Below, in pieces: positions 37,353 to 46,962 of a stretch of 64,000 nt of DNA (positions are counted from its first letter, which is position 1; every line of letters starts with the position of its first letter). The DNA comes from Candidatus Woesearchaeota archaeon. GTDB lineage: Archaea; Nanobdellota; Nanobdellia; Pacearchaeales; GW2011-AR1. The stretch lies in NCBI GenBank assembly GCA_964530955.1, contig CAZHCL010000001.1, positions 32,001 through 96,000 on the forward strand, given 5' to 3'. Under the pieces are notes generated by a model. The model saw only the letters and a program-made list of their open reading frames with translations. It was not told the DNA's origin and did not search any database. The position numbers and the translations under genes are program-made.

Positions 37353-38084
37353 TTAAAACAAGCTGAGCTTGTATTCTACAGTTATAGATGCAGTTACATC
37401 CAGATCGCTTGGCGAGATATTTGCTGCTGCCTGTTTTGCCTCTGCTGCTGAAGCTCCTGCTGATACTCCATCCATCATTGCATAGTATGGTCTTGGCATG
37501 TAGTTGAAGTCGTTAGACTGTACCGAAACTAGACTTCCTAACTTTCTACCTTGGCCTTCTGCAATTGAAGCCGCCTTATCTTTTGCATTTGCACTTGCTT
37601 CCTTCAGAGCTTCTGTCTTATACTGATTCTGACTGGCTGGTGAGAGTTCCATCTGAATTGTTTGAACCAATGCTCCGTTATTTAGAGCGGCATTAACAAT
37701 TTTTGATGTCTGATTAAAATCAGTTGTTTTCACAATAATCTGCTGGCTTACAACAAATCCTTTGTCAGTATTTGTGTTTGTATTACTGTTCCACTCTGTC
37801 CAAGGATAGCTTGTGTATCCCAGAAGTTGAATATCTTTCTGGTTTATTCCTAGAGAATTCAAAGCAGATACGGTACTGTCGGTTATCTCAGAATTTGTCT
37901 TTTGAGCATCTTGTAAAGTAGCATTTTTTGCTTCTATGTTCAAATATACTGATATTTCATCAGGCTGCGCTTTTAATGATGACTCTCCCTGTGCTGAGAC
38001 AATTGGCTGACTGCTGTAAAAAAAGTAACCTGCAATTGCTAGAACTGCAATTATTACTATTGCTAATATAATTTTGTTATTCAT
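37353..38084 (-). CDS. SIMPL-domain (DUF541) protein
   Basis: Signal anchor; SAQGESSLKAQPDE; EASANAKDKAASIAEGQGRKLG. Confidence 0.9.
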   Translation of the reverse strand: MNNKIILAIVIIAVLAIAGYFFYSSQPIVSAQGESSLKAQPDEISVYLNIEAKNATLQDAQKTNSEITDSTVSALNSLGINQKDIQLLGYTSYPWTEWNSNTNTNTDKGFVVSQQIIVKTTDFNQTSKIVNAALNNGALVQTIQMELSPASQNQYKTEALKEASANAKDKAASIAEGQGRKLGSLVSVQSNDFNYMPRPYYAMMDGVSAGASAAEAKQAAANISPSDLDVTASITVEYKLSLF

Positions 38085-38682
38085 TTTTACCTCCTTTCAT
38101 CATTTTTTTCCTATTGAAAAAAAGTATGAGCAATATAGAAATTAGTGCTCCAAGCAAAAACCAAAGCCAGGAATATTCTGATGTGACATGTACTTGTTGA
38201 AGTATATTGTTTCCTGCTCCAACAATATAATCTTGTGCGTTTGCGGAAGTAGATGCTGCTTTTTCTGCAAATAATGGAGCAGATTGGCTTGCGCCTATTG
38301 AGGTATTGCTACTCAAGTAATATAATCTTATTCCTAATGCGGCTGCTAAAGAGATAAGCAAGGCTGGAAGAATTCCCTTGAAACTGCTCTTGGGAGAAAT
38401 CATTATTTTTTTATCAGATACTTTGTAGGTTGGAATCTTTTTTCCCTTCACGCTCCAAAAGAAATTTTTTGATTTTTCTATTAAACCTGACTTCAGTAGT
38501 TTGTTTATATTGTATCCAACTGTATTTAATGGAATTTTAAGCTCGGAAGAGATGTCGCTTTCACTCATTTCTTTTTCTACCAGAACAGAAAGTATCTTTT
38601 TTGAAGTGCTGTTGGCCATTACTTCTGCTATGGCTGATGCCCTTGGGTCATCGATGTCGAAATTTATGTATTTCTCATTCAT
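38077..38682 (-). CDS. ArsR-family wHTH regulator with two C-terminal TM helices
   Basis: ANSTSKKILSVL...SDISSELKIPLNTVGYNINKLLKSGLIE; two hydrophobic segments. Confidence 0.85.
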   Translation of the reverse strand: MNEKYINFDIDDPRASAIAEVMANSTSKKILSVLVEKEMSESDISSELKIPLNTVGYNINKLLKSGLIEKSKNFFWSVKGKKIPTYKVSDKKIMISPKSSFKGILPALLISLAAALGIRLYYLSSNTSIGASQSAPLFAEKAASTSANAQDYIVGAGNNILQQVHVTSEYSWLWFLLGALISILLILFFNRKKMMKGGKNE

Positions 38683-38787
38683 GCTTGGAAAAGAGCTAAC
38701 TTCTTTATAAATCCCTCGAAGACTTCAAACATGATTGAAATTGTCCAGAACGAAAATATTTATAAAGCCATTTACAATTAAATAAAT

Positions 38788-38973
38788 ATGAATAAATGGT
38801 TGGAGCTTTTGGTTGGATTGATTCTTGTAATTGCACCTATAGTTCTTGCACTTTCTGTTTGGACTTCTTGGTGGCCTGTGGCATTGGGATTCCTTGAGGG
38901 AGCGATATTCTGGGCAGTAATAGGAATTGGATTGCTTTTCATTCTTCTTGGTATTTCTGATTTGAAAGGATAG
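38788..38973 (+). CDS. Small two-TM membrane protein
   Basis: 61 aa; TATA at 38759-38766. Confidence 0.7.
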   Translation: MNKWLELLVGLILVIAPIVLALSVWTSWWPVALGFLEGAIFWAVIGIGLLFILLGISDLKG

Positions 38974-39042
38974 ACTGTCTTTTTTGAAAATAGTTTTTTG
39001 AATTATAACAATTAATAAATACTTCGGGTGATTTTGCAAGTG

Positions 39043-40206
39043 ATGGGCAATTGCAAAATATGCGGGGAGGAGAACTGCAAGAAACACTCTTTTCTTCTTG
39101 GAAAAACAAGGTCTGTGCAGGAATTTTCGGGTTCGAGTCCTCCAGAAATATTCGTTGGAAGATGGAACTACCCGAATGTTTACGCTGGAATTTTAAGTCC
39201 GGAGGAATACGGAAATACTGAAATTATGTCTTCTGCCGAATTATGGCAGCAGAATAAACTTTCAATTCCTGAAATACTAAGCAACAGAAATAAACTTATT
39301 TATGGAAGAACGCAAGCGCAGATAAAAAAGCCTCAGCAGTCAAAATTTCTTTCTGCTTTTCGGGAAGTTGCTATGACTCACAAATCGATTGCTGCTGAAT
39401 TCAAACTCAAAAAGCCAATATCGAAGAATAAGGAAAATGACCCTAAAGTTCCTTTGATAAGTAATGCGGCAGATATTTCTTCTGTCAGACTGCAGGAGAA
39501 TGCTTCTGTCAAACCTAAAGTTGATTATCTTGTTAATGATACTGACGCAAAATCAACCTCTTCTATGCTTGAACTTGATAAATCAGGGATAGCCACTTCA
39601 AATATAGTAAAATTACTTTCTGCAGGTCTTCTTGGATTGAGAGCGAATAGAAAGCTAGTGCCTACAAGATGGAGCATTACTGCTGTTGATGATACTATTT
39701 CAAGAGAAAAGCTCAAAAAAATAAGATATTTTCCAGAAATACAGAATATAGAAGTTTTTCATGGAGAATATTTGGGAAATCATTATGAATTTATTCTACT
39801 TCCTGAAAAATGGAGCTTTGAAGTTATAGAAATTTCAACAAAGAATATGGGTGTCTGGCATGATTATGAATCCTTTTTTCCAAGAAAAAATTATGCTGAA
39901 TCAGTCACGGGGGGATATTATAGCGCTAGACTTCCCGTTACAGAATACCTTGAAAAGATAAAAAAACAGGCTTCTGTTCTTGTATTGAGAGAAGTAAGGC
40001 CTGAATATTCTTCTCCTTTGGGCGTGGGAATCTTAAGACAGACATGCAGAGAGGCATTCAGTAAAACTCCAGAGAAATTTTCAACGCTTCAGGATGCATT
40101 TTCATCTGTAAGTTCAAGACTTACAATTAATATAGATAATTTTCTACAAAAGGCAATTATTTTGCAAAATTACGGCAAACAGAAAAAGATAAGTCAGTTT
40201 TTCTGA
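39043..40206 (+). CDS. nreA: Nre-family archaeal DNA repair protein with C-terminal PIP box
   Basis: GSSPPEIFVGRWNYP, RKLVPTRWSITAVD, GGYYSARL, LGVGILRQ, terminal QKKISQFF. Confidence 0.92.
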   Translation: MGNCKICGEENCKKHSFLLGKTRSVQEFSGSSPPEIFVGRWNYPNVYAGILSPEEYGNTEIMSSAELWQQNKLSIPEILSNRNKLIYGRTQAQIKKPQQSKFLSAFREVAMTHKSIAAEFKLKKPISKNKENDPKVPLISNAADISSVRLQENASVKPKVDYLVNDTDAKSTSSMLELDKSGIATSNIVKLLSAGLLGLRANRKLVPTRWSITAVDDTISREKLKKIRYFPEIQNIEVFHGEYLGNHYEFILLPEKWSFEVIEISTKNMGVWHDYESFFPRKNYAESVTGGYYSARLPVTEYLEKIKKQASVLVLREVRPEYSSPLGVGILRQTCREAFSKTPEKFSTLQDAFSSVSSRLTINIDNFLQKAIILQNYGKQKKISQFF

Positions 40207-40241
40207 CAAAAAAATAAAAAAAGAAAAATAAATTATGGAGC

Positions 40242-40715
40242 TTACTTGCTCCAGGCAGCAATACCTATCATTACCAATCCCACTATGGGGATTAGACAAA
40301 GAAGAGCCCACCAGCCTGGCTTATGAATTCTCTCAAACATTTTCCAATTCCAGATAACTGAATAAACTGCAAATACAATCATTGCAATAACATAAATTAC
40401 TGGAGCGAAATGCGCAAAGATCAAACCAACGAGCAACAACCAAGGCCACCAATTCATTTTAGATGCTCTAAAAGAAATTATTAGAGGACCTATGCCTGGA
40501 ATCCACGCTAGTCCTGGCAAACGTTGTTTTGCTTTTCTAGCAATAGACATGTAGGCTAGAGATTGATATATCCAAATAGCTACAAAAATGAGTAAGAAGA
40601 TTGCAAAAAAAGCAACAATCATGGTCCAAAATCCTGGTGTGCTTGTTAATGAAGCAATATCTGCCGAACTAATATTTACTGAATTAGGATCAGTGACTAA
40701 AAATAAACTTGACAT
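40242..40715 (-). CDS. Membrane protein (DUF5684-like)
   Basis: GLAWIP and KPGWWALLCLIP motifs; SD GGAGGT upstream. Confidence 0.7.
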   Translation of the reverse strand: MSSLFLVTDPNSVNISSADIASLTSTPGFWTMIVAFFAIFLLIFVAIWIYQSLAYMSIARKAKQRLPGLAWIPGIGPLIISFRASKMNWWPWLLLVGLIFAHFAPVIYVIAMIVFAVYSVIWNWKMFERIHKPGWWALLCLIPIVGLVMIGIAAWSK

Positions 40716-40757
40716 TTATTAAATACCTCCTTTCATTGTATTCGTTCTGAAATTAAA

Positions 40758-41312
40758 TTATTCCTTTCCTTCCTTTATGGCTGCTTTTATGTTCTTATTC
40801 AGCTGCTTCATGCTTTCTTCAAGCTGTTCCTTATTTTTTGTTCCTGTACAGACTAACTTTCCATTGCTGAAAAGAAGGAAAGTTGCAGTTGGATCAACCA
40901 GTTTGTAGACTAGACCGGGGAATTGTTCTGGCTCATATTCTGTATTCTCGAGCTGTAAAGCAAGAACATTAAGATTGAGACTTAAATCAATACTTCCTGA
41001 TGCAACAATGTTCTGGACTGTTATTTTTGGCTTGTCAGTAACTCTTACTCCTATCTTCGCTATCTGTCTGATGACTGCATTTATTACTTCCTTTACCTGA
41101 GCTATACTTTTTGTTCCCGTACAAACCAAATTTCCTGAAGAGAAAACAAGAACTGCCGATTTTGGCTTTTCTACTCTTAAAACAAGACCTGGGAATTGTT
41201 CTGGGTTGTATTCTGTATTGCTTTGAGTTCTTGCAAGTTTGGTAAGAGAAATTTCTTTTCCTAAAGAAGTGGTTGCTACGATATTCTGAACTTTTAGATT
41301 AGAGGTTGCCAT
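40758..41312 (-). CDS. tbp: TATA-box-binding protein
   Basis: Two repeats of QNIVA / YxPEQFPGLV / FSxGxLVCTGTK; probable start MATSNL at 41312. Confidence 0.98.
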   Translation of the reverse strand: MATSNLKVQNIVATTSLGKEISLTKLARTQSNTEYNPEQFPGLVLRVEKPKSAVLVFSSGNLVCTGTKSIAQVKEVINAVIRQIAKIGVRVTDKPKITVQNIVASGSIDLSLNLNVLALQLENTEYEPEQFPGLVYKLVDPTATFLLFSNGKLVCTGTKNKEQLEESMKQLNKNIKAAIKEGKE

Positions 41313-41347
41313 TTTGAGCAGGTATACCATTTATAAAGAGATTTTAT

Positions 41348-41809
41348 TTATAAAGCTTTGCCCATCTCTTTTTCGACAGTTTTTGCGACGTTTTTAAGCT
41401 CTTTCCTGAAATCAACAAACTCAAAAATAACAATTATCATCATAATAACCATTATTCCATCTATGGTAATACAATCATTGCAAATTTGCTTAAGCACAAA
41501 AAGCTGTAAGGAAATAAAATAGACTGCGAATACAGCACCAATTATTGTGGCTAGAAGAAAAGCCCAATATATGTTCTTTTTGAATCGTGCTATGAGGAAG
41601 AGTATGAAAAATATTGAAAATGAAACAAGACCAAACCAGGCAAGTTTTATTCCAAACAGTGTGCCGTAAATTGAGTTTTGAACGAATGAACAGGAAGAGC
41701 CTGTTGTACATAGATAATTGTTACTCCCGGAATATCCAACATAGAAGCAAAGAACAATTTCGGCTATTATGAGGAGCCCAAGAATTAAATCATATTTTCT
41801 TATTTTCAT
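41348..41809 (-). CDS. Vitamin K epoxide reductase (VKOR) family protein
   Basis: Loop Cys pair CTTGSSC, SIYGTLFGI, C-x-x-C (CNDC); probable start MKIRKY at 41809. Confidence 0.88.
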   Translation of the reverse strand: MKIRKYDLILGLLIIAEIVLCFYVGYSGSNNYLCTTGSSCSFVQNSIYGTLFGIKLAWFGLVSFSIFFILFLIARFKKNIYWAFLLATIIGAVFAVYFISLQLFVLKQICNDCITIDGIMVIMMIIVIFEFVDFRKELKNVAKTVEKEMGKAL

Positions 41810-41915
41810 ACATTGGTAAAAAAAAGGGTATTTAATAATGTTGTGAAAAAGCAACTTTGTAAATATGGCAATCTGATATAATAATGCTTAAATAACAATT
41901 GCTCTTTTTCTAAAA

Positions 41916-42401
41916 ATGATTAATGCAACTATATGCTTCCTCAGAAACAATAGTCGAACTCTTTTTATCTATAGAAATCGTGGTGAGGCAGATATGCACA
42001 ATGGATTTTATGTTCCGCCTGGAGGACACATAGAAAGAGGTGAGCGAGGTATTGATTGTATGGTTCGTGAATTTTCAGAAGAAACAGGCCTAAAATTAAT
42101 TAATCCAAAGCTAAGAGTAATGGCTACGTTCTACAATCAGGGAAGATTAATGGGTGGGAAAGAGAATCCAGAAGACTGGCTCGTTGAAGTCTACGAGGCA
42201 AGAGAGTTTACTGGAAATTTAAAGGAAGAGCATCCAAGATCAAAACCTATCTGGGTTACTGATTCCGAAATAACTTCTCTTAAAATGTATCCTGGAGACA
42301 GGAGGATATTCGACCTGCTTGAAAAAAAAGGAATTTATCAGGTTCTGGTCCAATATGCTGGGGAAGAAATGACTCGTTTTGAAACAACAAGAGTTGATTG
42401 A
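41916..42401 (+). CDS. NUDIX hydrolase (MutT/8-oxo-dGTPase-like)
   Basis: GGHIERGERGIDCMVREFSEETGL; MYPGD. Confidence 0.9.
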   Translation: MINATICFLRNNSRTLFIYRNRGEADMHNGFYVPPGGHIERGERGIDCMVREFSEETGLKLINPKLRVMATFYNQGRLMGGKENPEDWLVEVYEAREFTGNLKEEHPRSKPIWVTDSEITSLKMYPGDRRIFDLLEKKGIYQVLVQYAGEEMTRFETTRVD

Positions 42402-42522
42402 ATTAAAAATTAACTGTTCGAAATTTATTTATCACTTCTTAACACGAATATTTCTCATTAGTATCAAGAATAAATTAGGCTGAAATCAAAAGATTTAAAT
42501 AGCCCTATTTACAAAAAGTATT

Positions 42523-42542
42523 ACTCGAACTTCACAGCGAGT
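42523..42542 (+). promoter_or_regulatory. Hairpin at the predicted 5' end of the tuf transcript
   Basis: ACTCG-(10 nt)-CGAGT starting 29 nt after the first base of TATA 42494-42501. Confidence 0.45.
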
Positions 42543-42554
42543 TGATTTAATAAA

Positions 42555-43835
42555 ATGGCAAAACAGAAACCAATTTTGAACGTTGTTTTCGTAGGACATG
42601 TAGACCACGGAAAATCTACAACCATAGGAAGACTTATGTTCGATTCTGGAAAGGTTTCTCCTGAGGAACTTGAAAAATTAAAGGCAGAGGCTCAGAAACA
42701 TGGAAAAGCAGGATTTGAGTTTGCTTTCGTTATGGATAAATTCAAAGAGGAAAGAGAAAGAGGAGTTACTATTGATCTATCTTATCAGAAATTAGTTACA
42801 AATAAGTATGAAGTTACAATAATTGATGCTCCTGGACACAAGGACTTCGTAAAGAATATGATTACTGGTGCTTCACAGGCAGATGCAGCTTTCTTAACAC
42901 TCTCTGCAAAAGATGGAGTTCAGCCACAGACAAAGGAACACGTATGGCTTCTTAGAACAATGGGAGTTTCACAGATAGCAGTTAATATTAACAAAATGGA
43001 TTCTGTTGATTACAAGGAAGATGCTTACAATAAGGTGAAGACTGAGGTTTCAGCTGTATTAAAAATGGCAGGATACAAGCCAGACACAATCACATTCTTA
43101 GCAATATCTGGATTTAAGGGAGATAACGTTGCCAAAAAGTCAACAAACATGCCATGGTATAAAGGACCTACTGTCTTAGAGCAGCTAGATTTATTTGCAC
43201 CTCCTGAAAAACCAATCCAATTACCTTTGAGAATGCCTCTTCAGGATGTTTATGAAATTACAGGAATAGGAACAGTTCCAGTTGGTAAAATAGAAACTGG
43301 AGTTATGAAGATTGGTCAGAAAGTATTAATCCTTCCTGGAAGATCTGGAAAGGGAGTTATGGGAGAAGTAAGAACAGTTGAAATGCACCACGAACAACTT
43401 ACTCAGGCAGAAGCAGGAGATAACGTCGGAGTCAACATTAGAGGAGTCGGAAAGAAAGATATTGCAAGAGGGGACGTCGTTTGCGATGCTCTAAAGCCAG
43501 CTACTATTGCAGAAGAATTCGTAGCACAGGTTGCGGTCATAAGCCATCCTACAGTCATTGCTAAGGGTTACACTCCAGTATTCCATGTACACACTGCTCA
43601 GGTCCCATGCCAATTCATCGAGCTTATAGAAAAGACAAGCCCTGATGGAACAACCGCAAAGAATCCAGATTTCTTGAAGAATGGAGATGTTGCAAAAGTC
43701 AGAATCAAACCAATTGGAAACCTAGTTCTTGAAACACAGGCTACAAATCCACATATGGCAAGATTTGCAATAAGAGACGCTGGAGCAACTGTCGCTGCAG
43801 GCGTATGCATTGAGTTGAAAGCAAAAAAGATCTGA
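42555..43835 (+). CDS. tuf: Translation elongation factor aEF1-alpha
   Basis: [42 protein letters not shown]. Confidence 0.99.
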   Translation: MAKQKPILNVVFVGHVDHGKSTTIGRLMFDSGKVSPEELEKLKAEAQKHGKAGFEFAFVMDKFKEERERGVTIDLSYQKLVTNKYEVTIIDAPGHKDFVKNMITGASQADAAFLTLSAKDGVQPQTKEHVWLLRTMGVSQIAVNINKMDSVDYKEDAYNKVKTEVSAVLKMAGYKPDTITFLAISGFKGDNVAKKSTNMPWYKGPTVLEQLDLFAPPEKPIQLPLRMPLQDVYEITGIGTVPVGKIETGVMKIGQKVLILPGRSGKGVMGEVRTVEMHHEQLTQAEAGDNVGVNIRGVGKKDIARGDVVCDALKPATIAEEFVAQVAVISHPTVIAKGYTPVFHVHTAQVPCQFIELIEKTSPDGTTAKNPDFLKNGDVAKVRIKPIGNLVLETQATNPHMARFAIRDAGATVAAGVCIELKAKKI

Positions 43836-43880
43836 TTTCTTAAAAAATAAAATCTAAACCAAACCTGAATTCTAACTACT

Positions 43881-43997
43881 ATGAACAATAAAATTGGAAA
43901 AATATTAAGGATGAATTCACAGGGATTGACTGCTTCTCTTATAAAAATACTTATTATAGCTGCAATTTATTTAGTTATATTCTGGAAAGAGCATTAG
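43881..43997 (+). CDS. Possible 38-aa single-TM peptide
   Basis: MNNKIGKILRMNSQGLTASLIKILIIAAIYLVIFWKEH; no clear promoter spacing. Confidence 0.3.
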   Translation: MNNKIGKILRMNSQGLTASLIKILIIAAIYLVIFWKEH

Positions 43998-44074
43998 TTT
44001 TTTTCTCCTCGAGACTAAAAACTAGTGTATAAAAATATAATAAAACTTATAAATGGGCTTTCACAGAAAAATTC

Positions 44075-44704
44075 ATGGATATTACCAGAAAAGAGGTTGA
44101 AGCGAAGCTAGCTTCTGTCGGAGATTATGTAAAAATGGATTTTCTTCAGCAATGCCTGAAAAAAAATATTGATTTTGACACTAAAAGATTTGTCATGACA
44201 AGACTTTCTTCAATTTATGAATCCAGACTTATGTTTCTTGAAGCAGCTAAATTAATGAGAGTTGTCGCTGATATAAACACTACTTTCGACGGCAAATACA
44301 ATGATTTCTCAAAGTCAATGGAACTTTACATAAAGGCAGGAGAATTTGATCAGGCAGATTTATCTTTCAAAAAAGCAATGGCTTGCGGAAATGAAAGACA
44401 AAAACTTGCCTTAAAAATTAAAATGAAGGATATCTATAAGAATAGAGCAAAAGAAATGATGCTAAAAGATAAGAGAAAAAATGCAATGGATATTTATGAG
44501 AAAATTGCTTCTCTGCCTTTCCTTGATGCTGCTGAAAGAAAGGATGCACAGGCCAATTTGTTGCAGCTTTATCAAAAGCTTGGAAAAATAAAGGAGTATT
44601 ATGCACTGGACAAAAACATAAAGAATCCTCAGTCGATTAATCAACAGGTTGAAGAAAAGCCCAAGTATGATGATTTTAACATCGATGATGTTCTTGGCGA
44701 GTAA
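44075..44704 (+). CDS. Helical-repeat (TPR-like) hypothetical protein
   Basis: Repeated amphipathic helices (YIKAGEFDQADLSFKKA); acidic tail; TATA at 44046-44053. Confidence 0.75.
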   Translation: MDITRKEVEAKLASVGDYVKMDFLQQCLKKNIDFDTKRFVMTRLSSIYESRLMFLEAAKLMRVVADINTTFDGKYNDFSKSMELYIKAGEFDQADLSFKKAMACGNERQKLALKIKMKDIYKNRAKEMMLKDKRKNAMDIYEKIASLPFLDAAERKDAQANLLQLYQKLGKIKEYYALDKNIKNPQSINQQVEEKPKYDDFNIDDVLGE

Positions 44705-44786
44705 ATCTGATTAATATTTTATTTTCTAATAAATTTTATATGGCAGAGCTAGGTGTGAAAAAAATAAAAAAATTAGAAAAATTTAA

Positions 44787-44915
44787 CTAATCATCACGCA
44801 ATGCGTCTAGGTCCGCATTCTCGAAAACATGTGATATGTCTTCCTCCTGAGAAAATTCTTCTTCAACAACTTTCTCAACTTTGGGGACCTCTTTTTGATT
44901 TCTTTTCGAAGCCAT
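44787..44915 (-). CDS. Possible 42-aa acidic peptide
   Basis: MASKRNQKEVPKVEKVVEEEFSQEEDISHVFENADLDALRDD; fills an otherwise empty gap. Confidence 0.5.
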   Translation of the reverse strand: MASKRNQKEVPKVEKVVEEEFSQEEDISHVFENADLDALRDD

Positions 44916-45098
44916 TGTCTTCAGTCCTTTGATGATATAAGGCATTTATAAACTTTATGCATGTTTTATAGACGATAAATATATATCCTGAATATACAGA
45001 AGGTTTATATAATAAATGGGTTTTATTTTTTGACTTCTGCTTTTGTTATTGATTACTACCCGCTATACCTTATTCATTGTTGAAAAATTATATATTAA

Positions 45099-45161
45099 TT
45101 GAGCGGGCCCGCCGCGCCGCGTGCGACGAGCCCTTCATCTCAGCCTAACCGAGATGAGCAT
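45099..45161 (-). ncRNA. Candidate small structured RNA (two adjacent hairpins), family unknown
   Basis: 9-bp stem at 45157-45135 and 11-bp stem at 45133-45105; all three non-Watson-Crick pairs are G-U on the minus strand; TATA at 45191-45184. Confidence 0.6.
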
Positions 45162-45183
45162 GATAAAAAAACAGAGCATAAGA

Positions 45184-45193
45184 TATTTAAAAA
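45184..45193. promoter_or_regulatory. Probable bidirectional TATA element serving the Kef gene (+) and the candidate RNA (-)
   Basis: TTTAAAAA on + (45186-93) lies 19 nt before ATG 45213; TTTAAATA on - lies 22 nt before 45161. Confidence 0.55.
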
Positions 45194-45212
45194 CCCCTTG
45201 GTTCAACCTTTA

Positions 45213-46913
45213 ATGGCCGAACAGATATTAGTTTCTTTAAGTCTCATTATTGCAATAGCTGCATTGGTCACTATTTTGGTCAGGATAATTAAACAGCCAC
45301 CCATAATAGCATATCTCATTTCGGGAGTAATAGTTGGGCCTTTGTTCCTTAACTTGATAGGACCAACAACGGACACAACTGGATTATTGCAATTGTTCTC
45401 TCACCTTGGTGTTGCACTATTGCTATTCATAGTCGGATTGAGTCTTGATTTCAGGTTACTAAAAGAGGTAGGTCCAGTTTCTGCTCTAGCTGGAATTGCT
45501 CAGATAGTGATTACTGGTGTTCTTGGATATTTACTTGCCGTATGGATGGGACTTAGTAACATAGGCGCAATATATCTTGCACTCGCACTTGCATTTTCTT
45601 CGACAGTTGTTGTTGTAAAAATATTATCTGATAAAAGAGAGATTGATACTTTACATGGAAGGATTTCACTTGGAATATTAATCATCCAGGATTTTGTTGC
45701 TGCACTGGCATTAATGATTATTCCATTCTTTAATAAAACTGGAAATATAGCGAGCATGGCCGGTAATTTTGGATTGGTTGTTCTTTTGATAGTTTTGACT
45801 TTTGTGCTTTCTACTTTTGTTTTCAATAGGTTGCTTAGCTATCTTGCAAGTAACCAAGAGGTTTTGTTCCTTTTTGGAATTGCTTGGGCTCTACTGCTGG
45901 CAACAGTATTTGATTATCTTGGATTTTCTTCAGAGATAGGCGCATTGGTTGCTGGAATGTCTCTTGCTTCAAGCAAATACACTCTAGAATTGGAGGGTAA
46001 GATAAAACCTCTCCGTGATTTCTTCATAGTTCTATTTTTTATATTTTTTGGAAGCCAGCTGGCTGGAAGCATTGGATGGGATATGATAAGGGATGCAATT
46101 ATACTTTCTTTATTTGTAATAATTGGAAAACCAGTCATAGTAATGTTTATCCTGAAAATATTTGGATACAAGAAGAGAACAAACTTCCTTGCTGGAACAA
46201 GCCTTGCGCAGATAAGTGAATTTTCTTTGATACTCGTCTTACTTGGATTTACTCTTGGACATCTTAACCAAAGTATAATGAGCCTTGCAGTTCTTGTTGC
46301 GATATTTACAATAGGAATAAGCAGCTATATGCTTTATTATTCTCATAGTGTATTTAATGGAATATCTGGATTACTTGGAATATTTGAAAATAAAAAGCAT
46401 AGAGCAGAAGAAAGTAAAAAAGAAGAAGAGTATGATGTTTTCTTGTTCGGATATCACAGAATAGGATATAAAATACTTCAAACATTGAAAAAGAGCAAAT
46501 TAAAATTTGTTGTTGTTGACTATAATCCTAAAGTTATAACTACTTTAAGTAAAGAAGGAATTGAATGCATATATGGAGATGCTGCAAATAAAGATTTCCT
46601 TAGAGAAATTCCAGTTCATAGGGCAAAAATGATTATTTCGACTATACCTGATGAATCTTCAAATAGAGCTATAAGAGAAATGCTAAAAGAAAGAAACTCA
46701 AAAGCAACATTCCTTGCTACTGCTGAACAGCCAAGAGCTGCTCTTGATCTTTATGAAGCAGGAGTAGACTATGTTATAATACCTCATCATCTAGGAGGAA
46801 GTTTTGTATCTACAATAATAAGGGCATTTGGAACTAATAAGGATAAATACAGAAAGGCTGGAAAAGACCATTATCATGAGTTGAAAAAGGCTAAAAACAA
46901 CTCCAGCTTCTAG
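45213..46913 (+). CDS. CPA2 (Kef-type) cation/H+ antiporter with C-terminal TrkA-N/RCK domain
   Basis: LLFIVGL, SSTVVVVK, FFIFFGS, LAQISEFS; GYHRIG...VDYN...YGDA RCK; ATG 45213 preferred to TTG 45099. Confidence 0.93.
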   Translation: MAEQILVSLSLIIAIAALVTILVRIIKQPPIIAYLISGVIVGPLFLNLIGPTTDTTGLLQLFSHLGVALLLFIVGLSLDFRLLKEVGPVSALAGIAQIVITGVLGYLLAVWMGLSNIGAIYLALALAFSSTVVVVKILSDKREIDTLHGRISLGILIIQDFVAALALMIIPFFNKTGNIASMAGNFGLVVLLIVLTFVLSTFVFNRLLSYLASNQEVLFLFGIAWALLLATVFDYLGFSSEIGALVAGMSLASSKYTLELEGKIKPLRDFFIVLFFIFFGSQLAGSIGWDMIRDAIILSLFVIIGKPVIVMFILKIFGYKKRTNFLAGTSLAQISEFSLILVLLGFTLGHLNQSIMSLAVLVAIFTIGISSYMLYYSHSVFNGISGLLGIFENKKHRAEESKKEEEYDVFLFGYHRIGYKILQTLKKSKLKFVVVDYNPKVITTLSKEGIECIYGDAANKDFLREIPVHRAKMIISTIPDESSNRAIREMLKERNSKATFLATAEQPRAALDLYEAGVDYVIIPHHLGGSFVSTIIRAFGTNKDKYRKAGKDHYHELKKAKNNSSF

Positions 46914-46962
46914 TAAACATCAGATTGTCAAAATTTAAATAAGCCTTGTTTTTATAATACTT

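Noticed and set aside
38725-39087. 120-aa minus-strand ORF
   Set aside because: Overlaps the better-supported 38788-38973 gene (correct TATA spacing, two TM helices) and the nreA start
45135-45161. 8-codon micro-ORF MLISVRLR at the 5' end of the RNA candidate
   Set aside because: Lies inside a stable stem; no independent support, although a leader-peptide role cannot be excluded
45099-45161. Known riboswitch or ribozyme (c-di-AMP, fluoride, hammerhead, HDV), or a split-tRNA half
   Set aside because: Core motifs are absent, the G-U pattern favours the strand opposite the Kef gene, and there is no D-, T- or anticodon-loop consensus
45099-45212. 38-aa N-terminal extension of the Kef antiporter from a TTG start
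   Set aside because: Crosses the structured RNA candidate and the TATA box; ATG 45213 fits the family start and promoter spacing
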